Assembly (NCBI GenBank): GCA_965649765.1
Contig: OZ287757.1
Coordinates: forward strand, 9,300,001-9,364,000
Length of the DNA: 64,000 nt
Origin: Bispira polyomma
Lineage: Eukaryota
Direction: 5' to 3'
Shown here: positions 15,001-28,900 of the stretch, piece by piece
Layout: each line of letters opens with the position of its first letter
How positions within the stretch are numbered: position 1 is the first letter of the stretch
Made by a program: the position numbers and the translations under genes
Notes under the pieces: generated by a model
Seen by the model: only the letters and a program-made list of their open reading frames with translations
What the model was told of the DNA's origin: nothing
The model's database searches: none

Positions 15001-18000
15001 ACAATGTTGAGTACACAATACCCTAAGTATCCCTTATTCACTACAGAGTCGAACCTCCCACCCTTTGCCATGTAGAAGATAAACGACAAAACACATAAAA
15101 TTGTGGGTTTTGCTTTTTTTGGTGAATGAGACCACAAAGATGCAGAAGCAATACAATCTCATGACTATAATAATGTAAACACGATTAGGTGTCAGATAAG
15201 TTGTGTGGTCATTGGTGGGTTTACAAAATGCAGACAACAGCCAACAGCTTCGAGACGAAAATTTGGAAAAATAGGCTGTCAAAATTAAGTATATGGACCC
15301 ATATTTTATCTAATGTTTGAAGAAATCACACAAACACTGATTAACATTTAGTTGTAGTTGATCCTTACATTAGAAAAAGTGAAAGGGGCTTGGTGGCCTT
15401 GTGCTTAGAAACATTTGCTTCACAATTACTGGCATCTCACCAATGTGGGTTTGAATCCTGTTTGTTCCTTCATGTGGAAACGCTTGTCAGGTGCCTGTCG
15501 TAAGCTTTTGATTGACGTTTTTCAACTCTGGTTTCTTCAATTCTTAAATTTGTCCATCGCAATGTGACCTAAACTGTTGTAAGTCACGAAAAACCCCACT
15601 AACTAAAACTAAATAGACAAAGTGATGAGCCATTTTGGACAATCAGCGTCATCCCTTCAACCTTTTCTTTGTTGGTTTGTGAGATCTGAAGCACTCGTAG
15701 ATAACAAAGTAACTGAAAGGTTTGTAAAGCACCAAAAAGCAGAATACCATTATTGAGAATGAAAAATTAAACTCATGCCTGACGGGGGAAAGTTGCTGTG
15801 GTGCAGCATATAGACAGGCATGAAAAGGTAGGATTTTTTAGATATGTTACATTTGTGAATATATATGCTATCTGTGCCGTCAGTACATTGGCAAATAAAC
15901 ATGGAAAAATTCCTGATTTAAGGAGAAGTAGTTCTGCCTTTGAAAATACACTGTCAATATAGAAATTATGTCTCTTATAAGATCAATATAGTGTCATGTG
16001 ATCAATAATTTCAAAATTCCTAGTTGACACTTTAGCATGGAATTTCCACAAGTTCTCTTACATATGATGTAAGATTGTGCTAGTAAAGAGATTAAGCGCT
16101 TGTTTACCCGACTGCAATTAACCTCCTTGATATCTTGGTTTAACAGTGTCAAGTCTATGTATGATAGCTGATATTTTAATCATTTTACAATTGGTATACA
16201 CGGATAAAATTACTCTCTGTTTTACATACGTGCCCACTAGGAACCACTTGTTACACCTATAAACTAAAATGAACAGGTTTCATGTGCATGATCTTCCACA
16301 ACAGAGATAATTATGCAAATTGAAAAAAATAAAATAGAATGTAAACTATGATCAGAAAGTTTGTGATATTTGTGTTTTACTTGAAATTTCAGCATTATTC
16401 AGTGTATGTTACTAAGTATGTATAATACTATAACATACTAAGTAATTAAACATGTATGTTTAACTTCTGATCCTGAGGGTCCTTGATTCTATGTCACAGT
16501 TGTCAACGGAGGTTAAACCATTAGCTTCCGGTGATGACACCAATACTGTCATGTTGAACTATCCCTACTTTGACTTTTATATAGTTTGGTTGCTAAGCAC
16601 TTTCAAAAAAATATCACTACGGCCAGATGTAATGGTGGAAGAAACTAGTGATGCAGCACCAACCTATTACAAGTACCTGCCAAACTTTCCCACATGAAGG
16701 AACAAACAGGATTAAGACCACCGTTCCCCCATTCCTTTCTTTTTAAAAACAAGTACTTTAGGATTGGTGTTAAACAAATGATTCAAATTAATAAGGGAAT
16801 CCTAACAAAACTTATTTTAACCTTTCAATAGTTTGGAATGTTAATCGCAATTGCATTTAAACCAACATGTAAATGTTGGGTCATGCTCTGATGTCACCCC
16901 TACACCCCAGCCTGGGATCTTGCACTTTGTCAATCAAATGTTCACACTGCTCTGTCAGGGGCAATGCTAGCATATACCGCACAAACGCGATCAACCTGTA
17001 CCAATTTATATAACTGGGGAAACTTGTGTGGGTTACCTTGTGTACGGATATAGAGCAATCACATTCATTAGTTCATTATGTCTCTTTGGAAGAAATGAAA
17101 TGTAATTCTTACAGCACTAAATGTTTAATATGACAGAAGCACCCTAGTCATATGTCATCTTCAATGGTGGTCATTCTTTGAAAGGGATAGTCCTACAAAA
17201 TAGCTCTGGTCGTCATCATTAGGCAATGGCATGTTCACCATCTTGCCCAGGGATGTTATCTCTGAATAAACCTGGTGGCATGAGTGGGTGTAAAATCTTG
17301 AAATTTCCCATTATCAAATTAACTTCCCCAACTGGGAGTCAAACTGGGGACCTTCCGATTACCACACAAATTCCCCAACTTCTATGACACGGGACACCAA
17401 AAGCCACATCTGTATTAATAAGAACAAGGGGATTAATTCAGCTTACATCATTAAACCAAACAATCATTGAAGCAACATTCATTAACACAATACTTTATTT
17501 TAAGCCATTACATTTTAGTAAACCACATACCACCTACCATGCCACTACTGGGCCAGATAATGAGAAAAAATCCTTGATCAGCACTTCTACCCAGATTCCT
17601 TCCAAAATTGAACAGATTTTATATATGTTTATATATATATAATATACTACAAGTTGGAATAGTAAAAATTACATCCCATTTAAAATTAGACCTAGTTGTA
17701 TCGATATTTTAACCAAAATAGCTAACCGTGAAACTTGGTGTAAGTGAACTTCTTAATAATTGTACATTGGTGACATTTTCTTCCAGCTAAAATGTATACC
17801 AATACAGTAGTAGATTTATATTTTGTTTGGAGGGCACTATGACACTCGGGCAGAGGAAGTGCACACTATCCTGGCTGGTTTTTAAGTTACTATATAAATA
17901 GGCAGAGGAGGGGCAGTGTACACAGCCTTGTACAATACAATAGAAAACTGGTCTTTTAAAAATAGTTTCTGTTGAGATTTGCATTTTCAGATAACACATA

Positions 18001-21000
18001 CAAGGAAAAAGGCATAACAGCCACAAAAACGAAAGTGCAACCATGAAAATAGCCAGCATGTGACTACAGGTGCTTTGTAATATTATACATCAATCCATAT
18101 ACAAGACACTGTCAGTTAGTTTTAAGTACATTGTTTTGCCTATGGTTTTCATCATATGGAAAAATGAGAATTCTACTATTTTTATAGTTATTACAACGGA
18201 AGAAAACATTAGGCTTGCAAATGTGTGGGAGTTACACTTGTATTTAGTCATTGATTTGTTTGACAAGTGGTTACTAAACACAATCATACTTTATTGTTGT
18301 GAAATGTATACAAACAACTTGAACTGAAATCCATATCTAAATTGTTATTACTTAGTGGGTCATCATTTTTTTTTAGTTAGATAACTGGAATTATTGGTCC
18401 CTATTGGCAAGTTTATAGTTAACAATACATCATTTCATTGGGAATTAATTTTACTATCCCCTGTAATTTTTTTTACCCAGAATATAGATAATACAACTCA
18501 ATTACATCAACAAAGACTGAGTGACCAAGAGGATCATAGTTTTGTTGTGTTAACATATATTTGACATAAACCGAGGCATTTCTTTATTACTGTGTCACCA
18601 AAGATGTAGTATAGGAAAAACATGTATTAGCATGTATTTAAGGGGGGAAATTGGAAAAAAGTACATACACTATGGGGGCAAATTGTGAAATATAAGGCTT
18701 TTGGATACTATATTTAGGTTTAGTTTGGAACCAATTTCAAATATACAACAGACACAAAAACACACCTACAAACTGAAACTAAAAAAAAAACTAGCGTAAA
18801 GATATCATTATAGTACACATTTTTTATTCATTTACTCGCATATATTAAAAATTATATTTTACACACTTGTCATTGAAATTTACACACCATTGAATTTATC
18901 CAAAAATAAAATCCCCACTTTCTGATAAAACAGCCCCTCCACCTCTTTTCACTTGTTAAATTATTACTTGAATTATTAGTTAACGATTATTTGAATGAAG
19001 TTGATGAGCTTTCCTGACCGGTTTCAGGTGTTCGCCTTTTACCAGCTACTGCTTTGTAAAATGACAACTTCTGATGGAAAGAATTCATATATACAACTGT
19101 TTAATACATGTACATTGTTTATAATACAAAATAAACTTCATGAAACTTTGTTATATAGCATAAGTATTTAAACAAGGAGGGTTACAGTATCTTTGCTGTT
19201 TGATTACTGTCCACCTGACTCGACCACCAATCTTTGGTCTCATGAAGTGACCCCCTTTGAAAAAAAAATTTATCATCCCTGAGGGTGATTATTAGGATAA
19301 ATACAGCATTTTTTAATTCATATTCTGTAACTTTACATGCTACAAACTAGTTGCCTGTCTTCTGACCACAACATGTTCAAAAGAAAATCTGGATCCTTTA
19401 TAAATGAAGTTCACCATTCAGCTGCTTCCTGACACATTCTCCAAGTTGGTCCAGCTCTGTGCTTCTCGAGATGTGCATGCTGTGGTCCTGACATCTGCGT
19501 TGATCAACTCCATTCAGGAGTGTCAATGCCTGGCAACTCGTTAGCCTCACAACAATCAGAAGGGTACTAAGTTCCGACTCTGCACCCTTTTGACCGATGT
19601 ATAGGTAAACATATGGACTAGGCCTCTTTGCATCTTTGCACCTGCTTGCATACCTCTCCAAAGCTGGCTTAAAGTCATTGTCCATGTCAAAGATCTTTGT
19701 TTTCTCAATCGAATCGTCGTGGCGCAGGAGCTTCAAGGTGGTCAGGGTGAACTCGGACGAATAATACAGGGATGTCTTGCACAGCCGGGTAGCATAGATG
19801 TTTCCACAGTGACACTCCAGTATGATGCCTCGGTGCATGTTCTTTAAGAGGTCATTGACACTAGGTAAGAGGTTATCGGGACAAAGCCCACTCGGCCACT
19901 GGGGCAGCTCCACAAGCTCACGATCCTTGGAGTCTGGGCCAAACAGAGCATCCTTGATAACGTCCGGGATTTCCTCTTCTATATTCCTCGGCACCACGGT
20001 GTATGTGATCCTACACCCCCGGGCTTGGGTCTTGATATGCTGGCTATTGATGATGTTATTTCTGTATATGATTTCCAAATACATTTCGGTGCCCGTTACG
20101 GAGATGCAGTCATGTGACATGACAGACTTGTCAAACGGCAGATGTGGATGACCTTCATCTGGTCTTATTGAATTAAGCTGCAGTGTTTTATAGGCCAATG
20201 GGTTGACAGTACTCGTACCCAACATTGCCATGTGGGGATGGTACCCAGAATCCACCTCTGCACTTTGAGAAACAGTAGAATATGGGCCAGCTGTACTTAT
20301 ATGGCAACTGGAAGACTGAGCAGGTATAAACGATGGACCTGCTGTACTGGCCGGGGTAATAAAGTTGTCAAACTCCATGTCTTCAATGCCACCATCTCTG
20401 TAATCAGCCCGTGCAGACTCCTGCGGCAGCTTGATGTTCCAGTTGTCACTGTTTGCTCCCTGGTAAAAGCACTTTCCCTCATGATCTACTACAGCTGTGA
20501 GCTGATTTTGTGGAGGCTGTCCGAAGGTGGGCCCACCTTTGTGGTGTTCCAATACTACACCAGGGCTGGTGTACTCATTCAGAAATGTTGGTACTGGGGC
20601 ATCTGATCCAAGAGCTGGTTGTACGGACTCCGGGTCGGGGGTTGAGGCAACCGGAGGTACAATTTTCTTTGGTTTTTGCCGCTTTAGAAACCTGTACACC
20701 TTGTAAGGATTTGGGTCACTCTTCCTGGTCATCTCTGGAATTTCCTGTATATCTGGGGCTTTATTCAGGGCGCAGCGTAAGTTGGTCTTCCACTTGGCAT
20801 AGGTGGGCGTGTCGACACCTTCACGGAATTTACCTGTATGGCATGCCCATTCCTTAAAGATCTGACTCTGTTCTGGCACCCAGTCCTGTTTCCCCCCATG
20901 TTTCCAGGGTACTTTAAAGATCTGTGCAGACCTATCCACCCATTGAAGGCCTGGGATGGTACCAGTATTTAACCTGCTTATCAACCAAGGTCTCAGCCTC

Positions 21001-22123
21001 TGTCTACTGTCTGAAGCTTCTTCTTCTGAAATATAAGAGAAACCCCATGTGTTCCAGTGTTCAAATTTAAAGCCTGTAAACTCTTGTCTTTGAACCAAAA
21101 CCTACCACTCAAAATACACTTGAAAAAGTTGATTTGGGACATAGTGGACCTCATACAGTGGCGTCTTTGTGTGCAAGCGGGGTGAAGATTATTAACAACT
21201 GATATTAATTGTAAATGATATAATTTGTGTAACATATTAAAGTAAAAGTAGATTTTGAGAAAGAAACAATGAACAAAATGTCTGCTTGTTTATCAAGCTG
21301 GAATTGTGTAATATATCACACAAATATTATCTTTTCTTTTCGTCAAACTTGATTAATCTTAAATCCTCCAATAACCACATACGACTTAGCCAGAAATAGA
21401 AAATTTTTGATTGTAGTCGAATCAGATTAAGAATAGATATTGAGTGTTCACTCTTAGCTCATGATTTGTTTTAAGAACATTTGCTCAGTTGAGACTTGAC
21501 CTGTGTTGGGATCTCACTAAAAGAAACTTTACTTGGACAAAAATTTGAAAAAAATCCTACTTCTTAACTTTAAACAACAAATTTATATTTTTTTAAGTCA
21601 TAATTAACGTTTTCGATGCGTAATGAAGTATTAAATGAAAAATAGTAAAGTGGTAAAATTTTATTCCGACTATAATCTTCACAGTATTTATAAAAATTTA
21701 AGTAAATTATTAATATGATTAACAGACAACTATTATCAGACATACCTGCATAACTGTGGCCAGTGATTGACATGTTGCTATTGCCCTGTACTTCCCAAGC
21801 CATTTCTGTGATTCTCTGGCTCAAATCGTCTCTAGTAGTTAAAATATATCCTTATATTCTTGTTCTCAGGATACCAAATTAATATTCTTCTTTAAAACTT
21901 TTTTTCGTCTTTCAAGAATCCTATCTGACTCGAAACAACTCTTTTAATGTAAAATGTGTAACTCCTAAAAACCTTCCAGTTATATACATCTACTGGTGAA
22001 AATAACTGTATTACCCCCTCCAACACTGGTGTAGTTTTAACAGTCAACGTATTTGACAGTACAATAGGTGTGAAACCGTGTTATAATTGACCTTCTTGTC
22101 ACTAGAACATATAAATACACTGA

Positions 22124-22156
<33 letters not shown>

Positions 22157-22932
22157 TCTCCACAGTTTTCCAGTTCAATGTCTGTTGTCGGAAAATACAA
22201 CGGGCGATATAGTAAATATTCAAACCAGTCCCATATAAGCTATCTTCCTCAATTAATTTACTTCCTTATAGTACATGTACATAGACCCACTGCTTGTTTT
22301 GTTATTTCAAACTGTGTTCTGAAACTGGTTTTAATATATCTGTCGTCCTTCGATTTTCCCAATACGGGGAAGTTTTGTTCCATCCGAAGATAGAATTCTG
22401 TCAGTTGTTTAATAACGGCACAGATGTATCATTTAGGTTTTCCTGGTATAAAGCGAAGATATGTTTACGCAGAGAATTCGCCGTCAGTATTTTCCCCGAA
22501 AACACTGGGAATTCCCCACTACGCGTATTTGTAGCTATAAATAGTAACACCTAAGCAGAGCCTCGTTTTCGCGGTTTAGGTACTCATACTACTGCGCCAT
22601 GAATATGTAAACAAAGAAGTACTTCGATAACGACACATGACTGAGCCGATCAATATACAAATAAATCTAAACCACAGTCGTCGTTTGAAAACCTTGGGAA
22701 TTTTATACTGAACATTTATTTCATGATATATTGGCATTCTTATTTGTACATATATAATATATGGTTTCATAAACAATTATGTCACACCCCACCCCCCACC
22801 CCCCACCTCGTTTATAATAATATGCTTTTATATGACTAGGGTAATCTAACGAAAAAAATTATACGGATCAATTTCGGTTTCACGTTCGCCGATATATTCT
22901 TCACATTACTAATAGTTTGTGGGAGAATAGAT

Positions 22933-22964
<32 letters not shown>

Positions 22965-25900
22965 CATGACAGTGCTCCCCATTAAGAAGTAATTATTTAT
23001 TGATTTATTGTGTGTATTGTTTGTTTTAATTTGTTTGGATTTTTTTCAATCTCAACATAGTACGGAAGCCTGTACAGGTCATACAAAAAATAAGAGATAT
23101 ATGTTTAAATTACAAAAAGGGCTCATATTGTAATTACCAGATATATCTCATAATCTAATCTAATCTAATCTAGTCATACTTTTATAGCGCTTAATCTTTG
23201 TACAACAAATTCTAAGGCGCAACAAACCCAAAACGTTAATCGCAAATCAAAAATAGTGGGCGGATGGAAGTCGTAACCAGGGAGACTACCGTAGATGGTT
23301 GCGACGGCTAAGGTGGAAAAGCCTGTTCAAAAAGATAGGCCTTCAGCTTACTCCTGAAAGAGGAGAAAGTTTGAGCTAGGCGAACATGATCAGGTAGGCT
23401 GTTCCAAATGAGGGGGCCATCATGAGCTAGGCAGTGATTGAACTGAACTTTGGATTTGTGGATGCGAGGGTCGAAAGTGGGAATGTTAAGGTATAATTTA
23501 TCAGGGTTACTGCGCCTAGTCCTGACTGAGCATGTATATTTGGATAGATGGGGGCTAAAATAAGTGGGTAATCCAGAATTTAGAAATTTATATATTATTG
23601 TTGCTGTTTTGAAAGCAACACGATATTTTATTGGGAGCCAGTGCAGTGACTTCAGTACAGGAGTAATGTGGGAAAATTTAGATGTTTTGGTCACAATACG
23701 TGCCAAGGAGTGTTGGATATTCTAAAGGCGTCTGAGATCACTACGAGATAAGGAACGGAACAGAGAGTTGCAGTAATCAAGCCTGCTGCTGACCAAAGCA
23801 TTGGCAACTGTGATTGCAGTGGATTTTGAAAGATAGCGTCGAATCCGCCTGAAATCACGCAGGTCAACAAAACATGATCTACACACCGATGTGACATAGT
23901 TCGAGAAGGAAAATTCAGAGTCGAACACCACACCCAGGTTTCGTACTTTGTCAGCTGGAAAAAACCTGCTGCCAAGAATGTCAAGTGGAAAACAGCTGGA
24001 CAATTTTTCCCGTTGCGACTTGGAGCCAAACAAAATAAACTCAGTCTTCTCAGGGTTCAGCTTGAGTTTATTTGCTGCCATCCAGTGTTGTACATCAACA
24101 AGGCAGTTCTGTAAGGAAGTGAAAGCTACCTGGGCAGAGTCAGGTGTAAGGTAGATGTACAGTTGGGTATCATCAGCATAGAAGTGAAAGTTTATGTTTT
24201 TGTATGCAGCAATAATCTTGCTGAGTGGAGTGGTGTACATGGAAAACAAAATGGGACCCAGGACGGAACCTTGGGGAACACCAAATTTTAACCATGTTGG
24301 GTCGGATAAGATATTGCCAATTTTGACTGATTGGAATCTATCAGATAAATATGCCGTGAACCACTTAAGCGCCATACCGTTGATACCGAACCAGGACGAT
24401 AGGCACTGTGATCAATAGTATCAAAGGCTGCTGACAGATCCAGCAGTACTAAGGCAGTAGGCATACCTTTGGATAAAGATGTATGAACATCATTTTTGAT
24501 GCAGAGAAGTGCAGTCTCAGTAGAATGACCACTTTTGTACGCTGACTGATACTTATTGGACAGATTGCTGACGTCAACATGTTGTTTGATCTGTAAGGCA
24601 ACCGCGCGTTCTACCAACTTAGAGATACAGCAAAGGCCTGAGGCAGGACGGTAATTTTTCAAGTCAGCCTTTGGAAGAGAAGGTTTTTTTTATTAAAGGA
24701 GTGACAATAGCCTTTTTAAAATAATCTGGAAAGACGCCATTTATCAAAGAGAGGTTGATATGTTTTGTGATTGAGGGCAATAAAATGTCAATACATTCTA
24801 TGACAAGGAATGTGGGCCACGGATCTAGCAAGCAAGATTTTACGGGTGATGCCAGTATAATTTTCCTGACTTCATCAACAGTTACTGTGGAGAAACAGTT
24901 GAAGACGGTTGGTGGAGCTGTTGGTAAAGGGGCATTTAGGGCAGCTAATGTAAAACCGTCACGGATTCTGGTAATTTTATCAGTGAAAAAAGTACTAAAA
25001 ATGTTTGCCAGTGATTTGCTATTGGAATTTTCGGGTAGTATAGTCTGTTTTTTGCGGTGGAGGGTGTTATTTAGTTTTTGCGAAAGTTTCTTCGGGTCAC
25101 CCTCGCTTTGAGATATCATGTTAGCATAGTAGGCACGTTTTGAGTCATTTATAGTGTTGTTGCACCGGGTGATCCATTCGCGTAGTCTAGATCTATTTGT
25201 AGCTGTTTTGTTTCGGCGCCATGTTCGTTCGGCTTGCCTGCGCAGCATCTTCATTTCACGATAATTACTGGTGATCCACTCAGGTGCTGTACTGTGTGTA
25301 TAGGTCAGTGGCATTATCAGCAGGAGACTTGGCGAAGGCCGTATCTGCCAACTCTCGTCTAAGGTCAGACATATTGATTTTTTGAAATTGCCGAAAAGTG
25401 ATTTGTGTGACATCAAAAGATGGTGGGGAGGGAGCATCAATTTCACAGGATATCGAAAAATGATCACTGATGCAACGAATGTTTTTTATGTTTTTGATAC
25501 CATTGAAATCAGTAGGAGTTAGCAAGCAATCTAGTGTATGCCCATGAATATGGGTAGGGAAGTTTATATGTTGGGTAAGATTGCAAGATTCCAGAACTGT
25601 GGAAAACCGATTACTATTTCCAGATGCGGTGTCTATGTGAATATTGAAATCCCCACAGAATACAGTAGGAGAGGGTAACGAGCAAGTAAACCCAACAAAA
25701 GACATGAATTCTTCGAAAAATGTAGTGAGATTTGAGCCAGGAGGCCGATAAACTGTTGCAAAATTTAAACACCGGTTTTTCCAGTGAGCAGAGACAAGGA
25801 TGAGCTCGAAAGATGTAAAACTTGGTGTAGCAACTAATCGACATTCATAGTTTTTCTTAATAAAAAATCCCACCCCCCCCCCACCCTGTTTACCTACACG

Positions 25901-28900
25901 AGGGGTATGGAATAGCTGAAAGTCAGCTGGGGTAAGTTCAGAGAGGAATGATGGAGTATCAGAACTCCTAATGTGTGTTTCTGTGATGCCGAAAATATCT
26001 ATGGAGGATGAGTCGATCAAATCGGCTATGACAGGGCTTTTATTCCGCAACGAGCGGACATTTCCAAATCCGAACTGAATTGGGCCAGGGTTACTCACAA
26101 TATCACCTGCCAGTAGGATAGTAATGAGTTTGAATGTTTTAGCCTTTGGTAGGTAATTGACTGGGCAGAATTTAGATCGAAAATAACAGTGTGTGTGGCG
26201 GGACCAGAAGTGTGGAACAGGATTGCAAGACAAATTAATGTCTTCCAGGTGGTATTGCATTGACAATGTATCAGATAATTTTAAGTCGTTGCGATAACAG
26301 AACGTAAGGAATGACAGGTACAAGATGGCAGCCCTAATGGCAAACATATTGAAAAAAAAAACAAAAAAACAATATATAGTGGTGATGGTCGATAATAGGG
26401 GATAGTTTCCAGTATAACCCCAAATTCAAAAAAAATAAAAAGTGTTGTACAAAGACTAAGCATAAAAATAGAAAAACAGTTTATATACTAACATGTGAGG
26501 ATGATTTTTAAGTAAAACAAGCCAAAACGTGGGTATAAAAAGACTAGATTAATTTAATTTTGACAATTACGAGCCGCCGCCGCCAAACCGGAAGTCTAAT
26601 TTCTCATAGTTACAAGATGTATCTCGTAATTTCAACATAGAGCTATCTCGTAATTTCAAGATAACCTTATGTTTAAATTAAGCGATAGCATTATGTTAAA
26701 ATTACAAGATTACCTTATGTTGAAATTATGAGATGTATCTTGTAATTACAACATATATCTTGTAATTACAGGATTAGCCATTCTTGTAATTTCAACATAA
26801 ATCTCGTAATTACGAGATAGCACTATCTTGTAATTACAAGATAGCATTATGTTGGAATTACAAGATAGTGTTATGTTGAAAATACGAGATAGCACTATCT
26901 TGCAATTACGAGATAATTTTTCTTGTATAACCTGTATAGGCCTCCGTAACATACAGACTTGCTAAGAAAGTAGTTTATGCTTATCCGCCATGCATGGAGT
27001 CATTATGATTCCTATATGTAAATTGGGCAAAGTGTTGACTGTGGAAATATAACTGTCAGCTCAAGTGTCTACTTTTAAAAAGTCATATGCGCTCTTATAA
27101 ACCTTCCTAATTTAACATACAGTAGATATTTGCATTGATATGTGAAGATGTTCCTGTAAATGTACAGGCGTATTAAAGCTTCAATAAGTTTATGTATAAC
27201 ATGACATATAGCAGTAATCCATTTATTCAATTATATGTAACTTTGATAATGAAAGGTAGTACATCTAATTTAGACCGCTTTGTTAATGTCATATGTCAAG
27301 ACTTCAAGAGATACAGTATCTTTGCCACCAATTTATTCAAACAGCTTTTGAATAATTGTTTTAAAAATATGTACAATGAAGAAGACTTATTAGTGAGGTC
27401 CTCAGTGGCCGAGTGGTTAGCAAGTTTGGCATCTAATCACAGGCTGTCACCTGTGTGTGGGTTCGCCTCCCACAAGTGACAAATGCTGTGGGCCTGGCTG
27501 TTGATCGAGGACGTAAAACCCTAAACATTGACTTTAGTTGTTGGGAACATAAAAGATTGAATGTTTATAAGAGATACCAGCTGTACCAATTCTAATGCAA
27601 GGGAAATCAATCATCTAATTATTTATATGTGTACTGTGTAAAGCAGATGATGTTGTTCTTTGTTGTTGTTTTTTTTTTTGTCTTCTTAATATAATGGTGT
27701 TGTATCAGTTTGGTGCCATGAGCACGATATACATGAATACATAAGTAAATTATGCTTGAGACAAAAGGACTTGAGGAAAGTCTAATCTCAACATGGGGTT
27801 TCTGTACTGGTCCTTTTGTATTTGTATTGTACAAGGACATTATGGCTTTTATCTGACCAGAGTCACGTTTACACAATCACTACGAAACCCCCCATTGACA
27901 TATAATATTTATTATACCTCGGCGGCGAATCCAGTGATCCTATTGGTTAAAATGCAATCACGTGATATAACATATTTCCCGATATGGCCCGGCAGTTGGG
28001 GGTCATATCACTGCAGCGGGCCATATCACTTGCAAAGTTTAACAAGCACCATGTGCGGTTATTTGTGTTTTCATTAAAGATTTATAGTTTAATACACAAT
28101 TAAACAACTGTAAATACATTATATTGAATTTACTGTTAAACGTCTTCTTCCACCGTGGTTAAATTGTTTATATACACATCACTGGAGTTAGGGGCGCTAC
28201 TACACCTAGCAGCTTCACGAAAATAGATGTCGGGACTAAAATTTCTGCACCCGGCCAATATGGCTTGAGGGCCGTCAGGCCCAAAAGCCATATTGTGCTG
28301 ACCAAGGGTGCATATATTCTAGTATGGCCCTCACAAACAGCTTATATTCTCTTTATTATACCGAAGCATTTTTGATTTTTAATATAGTTTTAATAAGGAA
28401 TTTTAGTCCCGATGTCTATTTTCCTCTAAATATGGTGCTGTGTGTCAGGATGCTATTTTTCACACTGACATGATATAATAAAAATTTATCAAGATTTATG
28501 ACTAAATGAGGGTGGGAAAAATCATAATATTGTCGTATAGACTTTTTTCACACAGATCATGCATAATTATATTTTCATGTCCAACATTTACAAGAATGTG
28601 TGGCCAACAACAACATTTTTTTTAAATTGACTTTTGTGTTCTTTTTAACGTTTCTCCTAAGTGTTAGTCTTATTTTCTGTTGTTAGTGAGCGTTTCCGGT
28701 ACTAGAAGCGAAAAAAATTTTTCTCAAATAATTGTATAGAAGCATAAAAATTGAAAATTGCCTGTTATACATTGGCTGGTCACCTCACCAAGTTGCCTGC
28801 ATGGAAACGCTCACTTATCCAACACTGTTTTGTGTAATTTGTATGTCATGCAGAACGATTGCATGGCATCTCTGTCCCTATTATTGGGCCTCTCCACGAT

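Noticed and set aside
19822-20857. Antisense ORFs overlapping IRF (also those overlapping the L2s and Mieap exons)
   Set aside because: Shadow frames of real coding sequence with no recognisable motifs
21026-21098. N-terminal MVQRQEF...FSYIS of the 566-aa ORF
   Set aside because: Starts at TTG and covers the polypyrimidine tract and acceptor; intronic read-through of the ORF caller
22262-22450. Putative non-coding IRF exon 1 ending at GAA|gtaaat (22262)
   Set aside because: Plausible but only a moderate donor and no transcript evidence; not annotated as a feature
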